NCBI GenBank assembly: GCA_903888655.1
Contig: CAISUR010000395.1
Span: forward strand, 1 to 40,944
Length of the DNA: 40,944 bases
Reading direction: 5' to 3'
Origin: an uncultured Bacteroidota bacterium
GTDB taxonomy: Bacteria; Bacteroidota; Bacteroidia; Flavobacteriales; Flavobacteriaceae
Numbering within the stretch: position 1 is the stretch's first letter; every line of letters begins with the position of its first letter. A model generated the notes under the pieces. It made no database searches, was not told where the DNA came from, and worked only from the letters and a program-made list of their open reading frames with translations. A program made the position numbers and the translations under genes. Of this stretch, positions 20,459-28,908 are shown piece by piece.

Positions 20459-21325
20459 ATGAATAATTCCAATAATAAAAAACGAACAGGATCTAGCAAA
20501 CCAAGTGGTGATAGAAAAAAATCTACTACTACATCAAAACCTGCTATGGACAAACGTTCTCAAAATAGAAAACCAGCAGTAAAAAAAGATTCTCCAAACG
20601 TACCAAAACCCATAAAATCGGATGAAATTCGTTTGAACAAATACATCTCTAATTCAGGAGCATGCTCCCGCCGTGATGCTGATATTTACATCCAATCTGG
20701 AAACGTAAAAGTCAATGGCATTCCCGTTACCGAAATGGGATACAAAGTAAAACCCGGTGATGTAGTAAACTTTGATGGTGCAACATTAATGCCCGAGAAA
20801 AAAGAATATTTTGTTTTAAATAAACCCAAAAACTTTACCACGTCCAACGAAGAAGTCGAGCATCGAAACGTTTCTGAATTGATTAAAGGAGCGTCAACAT
20901 CGGCTCTTTCTCCTGTTGGAAGAATGGATAAAAACACTACAGGACTATTATTATTTACTAATGACACTGACATTATTCGTAAATTTAGTTTGCCAAATCA
21001 AAAATCGTCCAAAATCTATCAAGTGACGTTAGATAAAAATCTGAAATTTGAAGATTTAGAAAAAATAAGCACCGGAGTTACCTTAGATGGACATAAGTTG
21101 TTTGTTGACGAAGTGAGTTATATTGAAAACGAACCCAAAAATGAAATCGGAATCAAATTAAGAACCCCAAATGTAAAAGTGGTTCGTGCTATTTTTGAAC
21201 ATTATAAATATACTGTCATTAAAGTCGATCGCGTTGCCTTTGCAGGATTGACTAAAAAGAACCTTCCAAGAGGAAATTGGAGAGCCCTTACCGAACAAGA
21301 AATTATAAATTTAAAGAACCTATAA
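20459..21325 (+). CDS. rRNA pseudouridine synthase, RsuA/RluB/RluF family with S4 domain
   Basis: S4 domain RLNKYISNSGACSRRDAD, LNKPK, catalytic VGRMDKNTTGLLLFTND, and LPRGNWRALT. Confidence 0.9.
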   Translation: MNNSNNKKRTGSSKPSGDRKKSTTTSKPAMDKRSQNRKPAVKKDSPNVPKPIKSDEIRLNKYISNSGACSRRDADIYIQSGNVKVNGIPVTEMGYKVKPGDVVNFDGATLMPEKKEYFVLNKPKNFTTSNEEVEHRNVSELIKGASTSALSPVGRMDKNTTGLLLFTNDTDIIRKFSLPNQKSSKIYQVTLDKNLKFEDLEKISTGVTLDGHKLFVDEVSYIENEPKNEIGIKLRTPNVKVVRAIFEHYKYTVIKVDRVAFAGLTKKNLPRGNWRALTEQEIINLKNL

Positions 21326-21347
21326 CCACGTAAATCGTGGTTTTTTT
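21324..21347 (+). terminator. Intrinsic terminator
   Basis: aaccacg-taaat-cgtggtt followed by a T-run. Confidence 0.7.
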
Positions 21348-21354
21348 ATAAAAC

Positions 21355-21717
21355 ATGACAAGTCAAAAAAACCTATCCATTGCTCACGCCTGGTTTGAAG
21401 CCTTTAACGCACATAATTTGGAGAAACTTCTTTCATTATATGATGATGATGCCCAACATTATAGTCCGAAATTAAAAATTAGACACCCTGAAACGAATGG
21501 ATTAGTCACCGGAAAAAATGCCTTAAGAACTTGGTGGCAAGATGCTTTCGACCGATTACCTACTTTGAACTATAAAGTTACTTCGCTTACCGCAAATTCA
21601 GATCGTGTTTTCATGGAATACATTAGAACGGTTGAAAACGAAAACGACATGATAGTTGCAGAAGTTTTAGAAATAAAAGAAGGATTAATTGTGGCTTCTA
21701 AGGTGTATCATGGATGA
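21355..21717 (+). CDS. NTF2-like / SnoaL-like domain protein
   Basis: WFEAFNAHNLEKLLSLYDDDA...G..ALR.WW and a C-terminal EIKEGLIV strand pattern. Confidence 0.85.
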   Translation: MTSQKNLSIAHAWFEAFNAHNLEKLLSLYDDDAQHYSPKLKIRHPETNGLVTGKNALRTWWQDAFDRLPTLNYKVTSLTANSDRVFMEYIRTVENENDMIVAEVLEIKEGLIVASKVYHG

Positions 21718-21775
21718 TAAATCAATAAATTCAGAAGACTGTGGTCTAAAATTTATATTGATTTCTTATCTTTTC

Positions 21776-21852
21776 GGCACAAATTAAAAAGATTTTAAGA
21801 ATTTTAAATGTTAAAATCTGTAATAATCCTTGTAATCTGTGCAATCCGTGGC
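21776..21852. repeat. Degenerate inverted-repeat element of the gccacagatt.../...aatctgtggc family
   Basis: Left arm ggcacaaattaaaaagatttt. Right arm made of roughly 9-nt units aatctgtaat aatccttgt aatctgtgc aatccgtggc. Related arms occur at 23060 and 25298. Confidence 0.6.
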
Positions 21853-21954
21853 ATTAAAATAGTAACGATAGTATTTAGACTAAAGCCATACAGAACTATA
21901 AATTGTTACTTTGAATTAAGAAATTTATACTTTAAATTAATTGAAAGTACATTT

Positions 21955-22008
21955 TGTCAGATTGAGCGCAGTCAAAATCATTTTAGCGCCTTGACTGTAT
22001 TTCGAATC
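21955..22008. repeat. REP-like palindromic element (tgtcagattgagcgcagtcaaaatc plus degenerate inverted partner)
   Basis: cagtcaa (21969-21975) pairs with ttgactg (21991-21997). A related core occurs in reverse orientation at 35381-35404. Confidence 0.5.
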
Positions 22009-22105
22009 GCTAAAACAAACTTCTCAAGGTGATAAAAAAGAATTAGATAAGACAATGAATTTAAAACTTAAATAACATTTTAATTTTAAATAATTTCAAA
22101 AATTG

Positions 22106-22113
22106 TATCTTTG
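22106..22113 (+). promoter_or_regulatory. -7 box (TATCTTTG) for mscS
   Basis: TAnnTTTG about 46 nt upstream of ATG 22160. Confidence 0.55.
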
Positions 22114-22159
22114 ACCACTATTAATCACGCTACAATTGCGTGATTTTTTTTATACTACT

Positions 22160-22987
22160 ATGGAAGCAGAAAAAGATTTTTTTACCGCAGAAGGGTATAT
22201 CAAAGGATTCATGAAAGTCCTTATTGATTATTCTCCAAAACTAATTTCGGCATTAGTAATTCTATTTATTGGAATCTATGCCATACGCTTTATCAACAAT
22301 TTGGTGAAGCGAATCATGATTAAAAGAAATTTAGACCCTACCCTATCTAAATTTTTGGCAGATATTTTAATTTGGGTGTTGCGAGTACTATTATTTGTAA
22401 CCTTTATCTCAAAACTTGGCATTGAGACTTCGTCTTTTGTTGCTATTTTAGGAGCTGCCGGTTTAGCAATTGGGATGTCATTGCAAGGCTCATTATCCAA
22501 TTTTGCGGGAGGAATGTTAATCATTCTTTTCAAACCGTTTCGTGTGGGAGATACCATAGAGGCGCAAGGCGTAACGGGAACGGTCAAAGAAATTCAAATA
22601 TTTGTAACCAAATTACTTACGGTAAATAACCAGACCATTTTTGTACCTAATGGCGTTTTATCAAATGGTGTCATTACCAATTATTCGGTTGAAGGCAATA
22701 GACGAGCCGATTTAGTATTCACTATATCGTATGACACGAATATCAAAAACGCCAAAGAAATTGTGATGAGTGTGCTAGAATCGCATCCCAAAGTGTTAAA
22801 GATTCCTGCTCCTTCGGTTATGGTAAAAGATTTAACTGACAATTCGATTCATCTTGCCGTTCGTCCTTGGACTAAAAATGAGGATTTTGGCATCGTTTCA
22901 TCAGATATTTTAGAACAATGTAAAACCGCTTTTGACGAAGCCGGAATAATAATTCAACCTTTTACCGTGGAGAGTTCTAAAAAATAA
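22160..22987 (+). CDS. mscS: Small-conductance mechanosensitive channel
   Basis: TM segments, GAAGLAIGMSLQGSLSNFAGG, KPFRVGD and VPNG. ATG 22160 is preferred over the track's TTG at 22136. Confidence 0.92.
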   Translation: MEAEKDFFTAEGYIKGFMKVLIDYSPKLISALVILFIGIYAIRFINNLVKRIMIKRNLDPTLSKFLADILIWVLRVLLFVTFISKLGIETSSFVAILGAAGLAIGMSLQGSLSNFAGGMLIILFKPFRVGDTIEAQGVTGTVKEIQIFVTKLLTVNNQTIFVPNGVLSNGVITNYSVEGNRRADLVFTISYDTNIKNAKEIVMSVLESHPKVLKIPAPSVMVKDLTDNSIHLAVRPWTKNEDFGIVSSDILEQCKTAFDEAGIIIQPFTVESSKK

Positions 22988-23023
22988 TTTTTTTCGACGT
23001 AAGTAAGTTTTGAACAAACTATA

Positions 23024-23356
23024 TTGGGGTATCTTCAAAAGGATAGTAGTGAAATAATAGCCACAGATTCACAGATTTTAAAAATTATTTTTTTTAATGT
23101 GAAATTTATCTCAAGAGAAATAGCACCCAATCCAGCCAAGGCAGTTACAACAATTTTTTATAACTTTGTAAATACCAAAGCCACTAAAACCATAGAATTG
23201 ATGGATGTTTTAGGCAGAACACTAGAAACATGGAATCTGCAAGACAGCAAAGGTACTATTGAAATAGACTGCTCTAAATATGCCAATGGGCAATATCTAA
23301 TACTGATGAAAGAAAATAATGCTGTAATAAAAAACACTAAACTTATAGTTAAATAA
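23024..23356 (+). pseudogene. Orphan T9SS C-terminal sorting domain (5'-truncated gene remnant)
   Basis: From about 23117 the frame reads EIAPNPAK...IELMDVLGR...IDCSKYANGQYLI...NTKLIVK, a type-A CTD. There is no signal peptide or passenger domain, and the upstream part of the ORF reads through a dispersed repeat. Confidence 0.7.
23060..23079 (+). repeat. Left arm gccacagattcacagatttt of a dispersed repeat
   Basis: Inverted match to the arm at 25298-25327 and to 21833-21852. Confidence 0.6.
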
Positions 23357-23379
23357 TTAAAATAACCACACTCTTTTAG

Positions 23380-23411
23380 CTCCCTCTCCTTTGGAGAGGG
23401 TTGGGGAGAGG
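23380..23411. repeat. GC-rich REP-like hairpin ctccctctcc-ttt-ggagagggttggggagagg
   Basis: Perfect 8-bp stem ccctctcc/ggagaggg (23382-23400) with a G-rich tail, no U-tail, in an AT-rich background. I recognise this as a dispersed Bacteroidota repeat type. Confidence 0.7.
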
Positions 23412-23425
23412 AAAACACAATAACC

Positions 23426-25180
23426 ATGAAAAAACTTATTTACTTAACTATATTATGTGGCTGTACTCTAGCAAACGCCCAATCATGGGTATGGGGCAAA
23501 CGTGGTGGCGGTAGTGGCAATACCGTTGAAACCATTCAAAGTATGGCTACCGATAGCCAAAAAAACATCTACGCGACCGCTATGGTCTCGGCGATAAATA
23601 TTGATGTAGACGGACACGCATTGAACAGTACCGATATGGGACAAGCCATAAACCCTACCGATGCTGTGTTGACTAGCTTTGCCTGCGATGGCAGCTACCG
23701 CTGGTCTAAAATATTTACAGGCCAAGACAGAGAAGAATTAAAATACGTGCAAACGGATGCACAAGACAATGTATATGTAACTGGCTTTACTTTTGGAGGA
23801 GGAGGTAATAATTCATTTTTTAAATACCCCAACTATTTAGATACCGATGTTACTTTTCCGCAGACAACCACTAATCCTGATTATTTTATTAGTTTTATTG
23901 TAAAATACAACAGCAATGGAGTAATGCAATGGATTAAAAGAATAGGGGCTCAATTTTCAGGTCAACTTATTGATAATTATATCAGTATTGCTGGTATGAC
24001 CGTTGACAGTGCTGGTAATAGTTATACCCTAACGTTGCTTACACCCGGCAATACATATTGTGATGGTAATCTAACGGTAACAGGAAATAATCAAAAATAC
24101 TATGTTATAAAACATGATAGTAACGGAAATTATACTGGGGCTACTTATTTGGATTTTCAAAGTACTTATGGTAGCGGTATTACTTTTTACCGCAACCCCT
24201 ATAATGGAAATTATTATTTAACAGCATCCAAAGGAAGTGTAAACGACACGGCAACATTTGGTGGACAAAATGCTACTCACGACACTGTTTTGGCATGTTT
24301 TGACAGTACAGGACAATTTCAGTGGATGCGTGAGGATGCTACTAACAGAGGTAGTATGGTTTGCCCTATTCTTGATATAACTTTTGACACTAATAATGAT
24401 GTGTATTTGGCATTAATTTTAGCAGGAAGTAATAATGGTCAAAATGCACAAGATTCTTTCTTGGGGTATTCAATTGTTGAAAATACATTTCCTGTTACAG
24501 TAATGAAAACCAATACAAATGTCGATACGTTATTATGGGCATCAAGGAGTAATTTCACCATTGGCTCTAATGTTTTTGGTGGCATTTTTTTGAACACTAA
24601 TGAAGTTGCTATTTCTAATTATTCTTGGAATGGTTTTACTTGGGGTACTCAAACTTCGGTGGCAACGCCTGGAGCAACTCCTTTGCTGGCTCGATTAAAT
24701 AAAACTACAGGTGAATGTATTGGGTTGTCGAATATTAATAATAACAACCAATTAAATGACAACGGAGATATTTTAGTAGCCGATGTCAGTGGCGATTATA
24801 TCATGGGAGGACCCTTTCATAGTATGCTTTACTTTGATAATAACCAGCAAATCCTTAACAATGGGCCAGAAACTGATTTTTTTATTGCCAAATATGCTAC
24901 ACAAGCCTGTTCGCCTCTGGCAATTAACGAAACAGTTCAACCTAAAGTGCAATTGCAAGTCTATCCTAATCCTACTAGTGGCAAAGTGTATTTTGATAAC
25001 AGTCTTACGCAATATAAAAGTGTAGTAGTTTATAACCCTGTAGGGCAACAAGTCATGACTATACCTTTAACCACAATTTCCAACTCGGTTATAGATTTAA
25101 GCCAAATGAGTAAAGGGGTTTATATGCTACAATTTACATGCGAAAAAGGAAGTGAGACGGTTAAAGTTGAAAAGAAATAA
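23426..25180 (+). CDS. Secreted T9SS type-A cargo protein with SBBP-like beta-propeller repeats
   Basis: Signal peptide (..ANAQ), repeated TDSQKNIY / TDAQDNVY / VDSAGNSY / FDTNNDVY blades, KYNSNG..QW motifs, and a CTD (VYPNPTSG...SKGVYML). Confidence 0.85.
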   Translation: MKKLIYLTILCGCTLANAQSWVWGKRGGGSGNTVETIQSMATDSQKNIYATAMVSAINIDVDGHALNSTDMGQAINPTDAVLTSFACDGSYRWSKIFTGQDREELKYVQTDAQDNVYVTGFTFGGGGNNSFFKYPNYLDTDVTFPQTTTNPDYFISFIVKYNSNGVMQWIKRIGAQFSGQLIDNYISIAGMTVDSAGNSYTLTLLTPGNTYCDGNLTVTGNNQKYYVIKHDSNGNYTGATYLDFQSTYGSGITFYRNPYNGNYYLTASKGSVNDTATFGGQNATHDTVLACFDSTGQFQWMREDATNRGSMVCPILDITFDTNNDVYLALILAGSNNGQNAQDSFLGYSIVENTFPVTVMKTNTNVDTLLWASRSNFTIGSNVFGGIFLNTNEVAISNYSWNGFTWGTQTSVATPGATPLLARLNKTTGECIGLSNINNNNQLNDNGDILVADVSGDYIMGGPFHSMLYFDNNQQILNNGPETDFFIAKYATQACSPLAINETVQPKVQLQVYPNPTSGKVYFDNSLTQYKSVVVYNPVGQQVMTIPLTTISNSVIDLSQMSKGVYMLQFTCEKGSETVKVEKK

Positions 25181-25297
25181 AAGTTAGTTAAAAGTTGGAA
25201 AAGGTTATTATCAGCATAGTGTAATCCTTTGTAAAAAAGACAGACTATGAAATCTATCTTAAGCGAAGTGACTTCTACAAAAAAACTATGTGGTTAA

Positions 25298-25327
25298 AAA
25301 ATCTGTAAAATCCATTTAATCCGTGGC
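25298..25327 (-). repeat. Right arm aaaatctgtaaaatccatttaatccgtggc of a dispersed repeat
   Basis: Reverse complement gccacggattaaatggattttacagatttt resembles the 23060 arm. Confidence 0.6.
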
Positions 25328-25341
25328 AAAAGAAATCGCAT

Positions 25342-26010
25342 TTACATTTCTTTCTTCACAATCATAAAGTCCTTTAAATAATAAGGCTCGAAGTACGCTA
25401 AATCTACAAAATCTTCTTTAAGAAATTTATTATACGACATAGCACTCATTTCATTTGCAGAAGGAAACACAATAGTATCAAGGAAAATAAAGTTGGATTT
25501 TGTTAAAACAGACTTTGCTTTTTCATTACTATCGCCCACAAAATAAATAGGTCCTGATTGTTCTAAAAAACTATCCTCTGTTAAAATTTCGGCTTGAACC
25601 TCTCGAATCATTTCTTTATTTGAATGGAACACGGCACTATAGACTTCCATTCTTCGCGCATCAATCATCGGCACAATCAAACCATCGGTTTTTTGAACTT
25701 GAGAAGCTAATGTCGTCAAGGTATCTATGGCAATCAACGGAATAGAAAGTGCATAACACAGGCCTTTAGCAGCAGAAACACCGATACGCAAACCGGTGTA
25801 AGAACCAGGCCCTTGGCTTACTGCAATAGCCTGTAAATCGGTCATTGCAAGACCCGATTCTTTCATGATTTCATCAATAAAGACATGCAATTTTTCGGCA
25901 TGAGAATAGCCTTGTTCTGAAATTTCTTTACAAATCAAAGTTTCCCCATGTTGCGCCAAAGACACCGAGCAATTTTTGGTTGCAGTTTCTATATTGAGAA
26001 TATAACTCAT
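25342..26010 (-). CDS. tsaB: tRNA threonylcarbamoyladenosine biosynthesis protein TsaB
   Basis: ILNIETAT, HAEKL, GPGSYTGLRIG, IDARRMEVY and FEPYYLKDF. Confidence 0.95.
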   Translation of the reverse strand: MSYILNIETATKNCSVSLAQHGETLICKEISEQGYSHAEKLHVFIDEIMKESGLAMTDLQAIAVSQGPGSYTGLRIGVSAAKGLCYALSIPLIAIDTLTTLASQVQKTDGLIVPMIDARRMEVYSAVFHSNKEMIREVQAEILTEDSFLEQSGPIYFVGDSNEKAKSVLTKSNFIFLDTIVFPSANEMSAMSYNKFLKEDFVDLAYFEPYYLKDFMIVKKEM

Positions 26011-26022
26011 GTTGAGAATAGA

Positions 26023-27327
26023 TTACTTTTTAGGTTTGTCTTTATCTTTGTCTTTGGGCAGCGTACTTTTTTTAATTTTATCTCCCGAATTCAATTCTTT
26101 TGAAACGGTAACATAAGGTCCAGTGATTACCTCATCCCCTTTGTTCAACCCCGATAAAATTTCAATATTCGTATCGTCTTGAATACCGGTTTTTACAATT
26201 CTAATTTTGGCCTTATCCCCTACTTTTACAAAAACACATTCGTATTTTTTATCGCTTTTAGATTTTACTTTATTCTTGTCGTCACCCATTGCAAAGGGTT
26301 TTGTAGCCGTCGTATCTGATTTAATTACCACAGAACTAATCGGAATTCCAATAACATTTTGCTTTCTTTTGGTAATAACATCTACCGTAGCGGTCATTCC
26401 GGGTCTGAAAGGAGAATACGTTTCTGGTTTTCCTTTAATCAAATCCATATAAGATTCTTTTAGAATTCTCACTTTTACTTTGAAATTGGTAACTTGGTCT
26501 GCCGTAGTTGTGGTGCTAGCCGAATTTGAAATACTAGTGACTATTCCTTTAAATTCTTTTTTCAAATAAGCATCTACTTGAATTTTGGCTTCGTCGCCAA
26601 TATTTATTTTTACAATATCATTTTCATTGACATCTACCTCAACTTCCATGTTGTTTAAATTAGCTACACGCAACAATTCAGTACCTGCCATTTGTTGTGT
26701 TCCTAAAATTCGTTCGCCAAGTTCCACGCTTAATTTAGAGATGGTTCCATCATTTGGCGAATAAATTATCGTTCTCCCCAGATTATCTTTCGCTTCTTTT
26801 ACCGATGCCGAAGCACTTTGCACATTAAAATAAGCGGTGTGTTTATTGGCTTTAGCAACTTCAAAAGACGCAGTAGCTTTATCCCAATCGGATTTTGAAA
26901 TAATCCCTTTGTCATACAATGTTTTGTTTCGTTCATAACTTGCTTGGGCTTCTTTAAAAGAGGCATCGGCTTGATCAAGTCCCGATTTTGTTCCTGAATA
27001 ATTAGATACCGAACGATTCAATCCTGACGTATACACATCGGGATTTATTTTTACCAATAAATCGCCTTTCTTTACTACTTGTCCTTCTTTTACGGGCAAT
27101 TCAATAATTTCTCCCGAAACTTGAGAAGAGATTTTAACTTCTACTTCAGGTTGAATCTTTCCGGTTGCCGAAACGGTTTCAACAATAGTAATTTCATTCG
27201 CTTTCGCAATTTCAACTTCTTTAGAATCATCATTTTTACCAATGACTCCTTTTGATTTTAACACCACTAAAAGGATAACTATCGATAATAGTATTCCAAC
27301 AATAATGTAAATTTTCTTTTTTGACAT
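26023..27327 (-). CDS. Efflux periplasmic adaptor subunit (MacA/HlyD-like)
   Basis: N-terminal TM anchor, lipoyl half-motifs (SSQVSGEI...VKEGQVVKKGDLL, IYSPNDGTI), alpha-hairpin and RPGMTA. ATG 27327 is preferred (track gives 27345). Confidence 0.92.
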   Translation of the reverse strand: MSKKKIYIIVGILLSIVILLVVLKSKGVIGKNDDSKEVEIAKANEITIVETVSATGKIQPEVEVKISSQVSGEIIELPVKEGQVVKKGDLLVKINPDVYTSGLNRSVSNYSGTKSGLDQADASFKEAQASYERNKTLYDKGIISKSDWDKATASFEVAKANKHTAYFNVQSASASVKEAKDNLGRTIIYSPNDGTISKLSVELGERILGTQQMAGTELLRVANLNNMEVEVDVNENDIVKINIGDEAKIQVDAYLKKEFKGIVTSISNSASTTTTADQVTNFKVKVRILKESYMDLIKGKPETYSPFRPGMTATVDVITKRKQNVIGIPISSVVIKSDTTATKPFAMGDDKNKVKSKSDKKYECVFVKVGDKAKIRIVKTGIQDDTNIEILSGLNKGDEVITGPYVTVSKELNSGDKIKKSTLPKDKDKDKPKK

Positions 27328-27334
27328 GATTTTC

Positions 27335-28780
27335 TTATTTTTCAATGATTGGTATTCCGAAATAAAACTCTACTATTTTGACTTTAAATATATAATCATA
27401 TTTAGTTCTTAACACTTCCGATTGCGCATTAGTGTATAATGTTTGTGATTGTGTGAAATCAAAACTATTCATCATTCCCACGGCATATTTTTCTTTCGCA
27501 TAATTGAATGCTTCTTTTCGAGCATCAAAAGCAGCTACCGCGGCATCATAAGCGTTTAAAGCAACTTTGGCGTTAGTGATGGCAGTATAGACATTTCGTT
27601 CTAAATCTAATATGGCTTGTTTTTCGTTAGTTTTAGCGCGTTCCAAAGCGATTTTATAACGATCTACATTGTTTCTCGCTGAAAACCCATTTAAAATTGG
27701 AATATTCAACTGCACCCCAAAATTATGTCCTTTGTTTCGGCTAAATTGGTCAAAAAACGGCAATGGTTTTCCTAAAACTGTTGTAAAATTTGGTTGAATT
27801 ACATTTTGTCCTGTACCTTCAACTTGACCAATAACCGCTGTTGGATTAGTCGCACTTTGTTCAAATCCTACGATTCTATCGGCATAACTCACTCTACTAC
27901 TAAAACTATAAAAACCAGTTAAACTTGGCTGATAAGCCCCTTTAGCAATTTTAACATCTTTCTCGGCAATTTCTAGATTCGCTTTTGCGATTTTAAGTTC
28001 TACTCGCTCCTGCAATGCCTTTTTCACAATGTTTTCGGGAGTTTCAAGCATGGTTTCACTTGGCTTAGCTTCATAATCTACATCGGCAACATCAAACGTT
28101 TGAAAATCTTCTATTTGTAATAGCTGCGCCAAACTTAATTTCGAAATGAACAACGTATTTTCAGCCGCAATCACTTTTTGTTTATCCAATGCAACGGTTG
28201 CTTTAACATCTAGTAAATCGCCACGAGCGACCATTCCAGCCGCTACAAGCTCTTCACTCTTTTTTTGTTGCTTAGTATCATAAGTCAACTGCTCATTTTG
28301 AACTTTCAGATTTTCTTTATTGAAAAGTATTTGTAAGTACGCATTAGCCACATTCAAAGAAATATCATCTTTCATTTTAGACAATTGATATTGTGCTGCA
28401 ATATTTGAAAGATTGGCTTTTCTTAATTTATTCTGATTTTGAAGACCATTATAAATCGTGATATTAGAGTTCAATCCTGCCGATGTAAACTGCGTAGTTT
28501 GATTTTCCAACAAGCCTGTAGTGATGTTTTGATTCAAACCAATATTCCACGAATGGGAAGCATTGGCATTAAGATTTGGCAGAAAGTTACCAATAGCTGC
28601 TTTTTTACCAATGGCAGTGGTTTCAGCATCTAATTCGGTTTGCTTAATGGAAATATTATTTTTGAGTGCATAATCTACACACTCTTTCAGCGTCCACTTT
28701 TTGGATTGCGCTTGGGAAGCAATTCCCAAAAACAAAACTATAAGCATTATTATTTTACAACTGGTGTTTTTCATATTCAT
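27335..28780 (-). CDS. TolC-family outer membrane efflux protein
   Basis: Signal peptide, WTLKECVDYALKNN, two OEP repeats (FLPNLN, YQPSLT) and YAVGMMN..DF. Start is 28780 or 28774. Confidence 0.92.
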   Translation of the reverse strand: MNMKNTSCKIIMLIVLFLGIASQAQSKKWTLKECVDYALKNNISIKQTELDAETTAIGKKAAIGNFLPNLNANASHSWNIGLNQNITTGLLENQTTQFTSAGLNSNITIYNGLQNQNKLRKANLSNIAAQYQLSKMKDDISLNVANAYLQILFNKENLKVQNEQLTYDTKQQKKSEELVAAGMVARGDLLDVKATVALDKQKVIAAENTLFISKLSLAQLLQIEDFQTFDVADVDYEAKPSETMLETPENIVKKALQERVELKIAKANLEIAEKDVKIAKGAYQPSLTGFYSFSSRVSYADRIVGFEQSATNPTAVIGQVEGTGQNVIQPNFTTVLGKPLPFFDQFSRNKGHNFGVQLNIPILNGFSARNNVDRYKIALERAKTNEKQAILDLERNVYTAITNAKVALNAYDAAVAAFDARKEAFNYAKEKYAVGMMNSFDFTQSQTLYTNAQSEVLRTKYDYIFKVKIVEFYFGIPIIEK

Positions 28781-28802
28781 TATTCAAAAGTGAAATAATT
28801 GG

Positions 28803-28810
28803 CAAATTTA
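28803..28810 (-). promoter_or_regulatory. -7 box (TAAATTTG) for the tolC-adaptor-tsaB unit
   Basis: caaattta on the + strand, 22 nt upstream of the tolC start. Confidence 0.55.
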
Positions 28811-28908
28811 ATAGTTTAAAAATGAATACTACTAAATTAACATATCCTTATCAGACGTTAATTTACTATTTTTGTTACATTCACACCCAAATTAATTTAG
28901 ATTATAAA

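Noticed and set aside
20058-20553. Minus-strand ORFs 20058-20306 and 20173-20553
   Set aside because: They are antisense shadows of the frameshifted murI tail and the start of the pseudouridine synthase gene.
21808-22032. 74-aa ORF in the track
   Set aside because: It reads through two dispersed repeat elements and has no protein-like motif, so it is probably spurious.
26023-28780. TolC and adaptor genes without an inner-membrane transporter
   Set aside because: The partner ABC/MacB-type permease is commonly encoded elsewhere in Bacteroidota, so the arrangement is ordinary.
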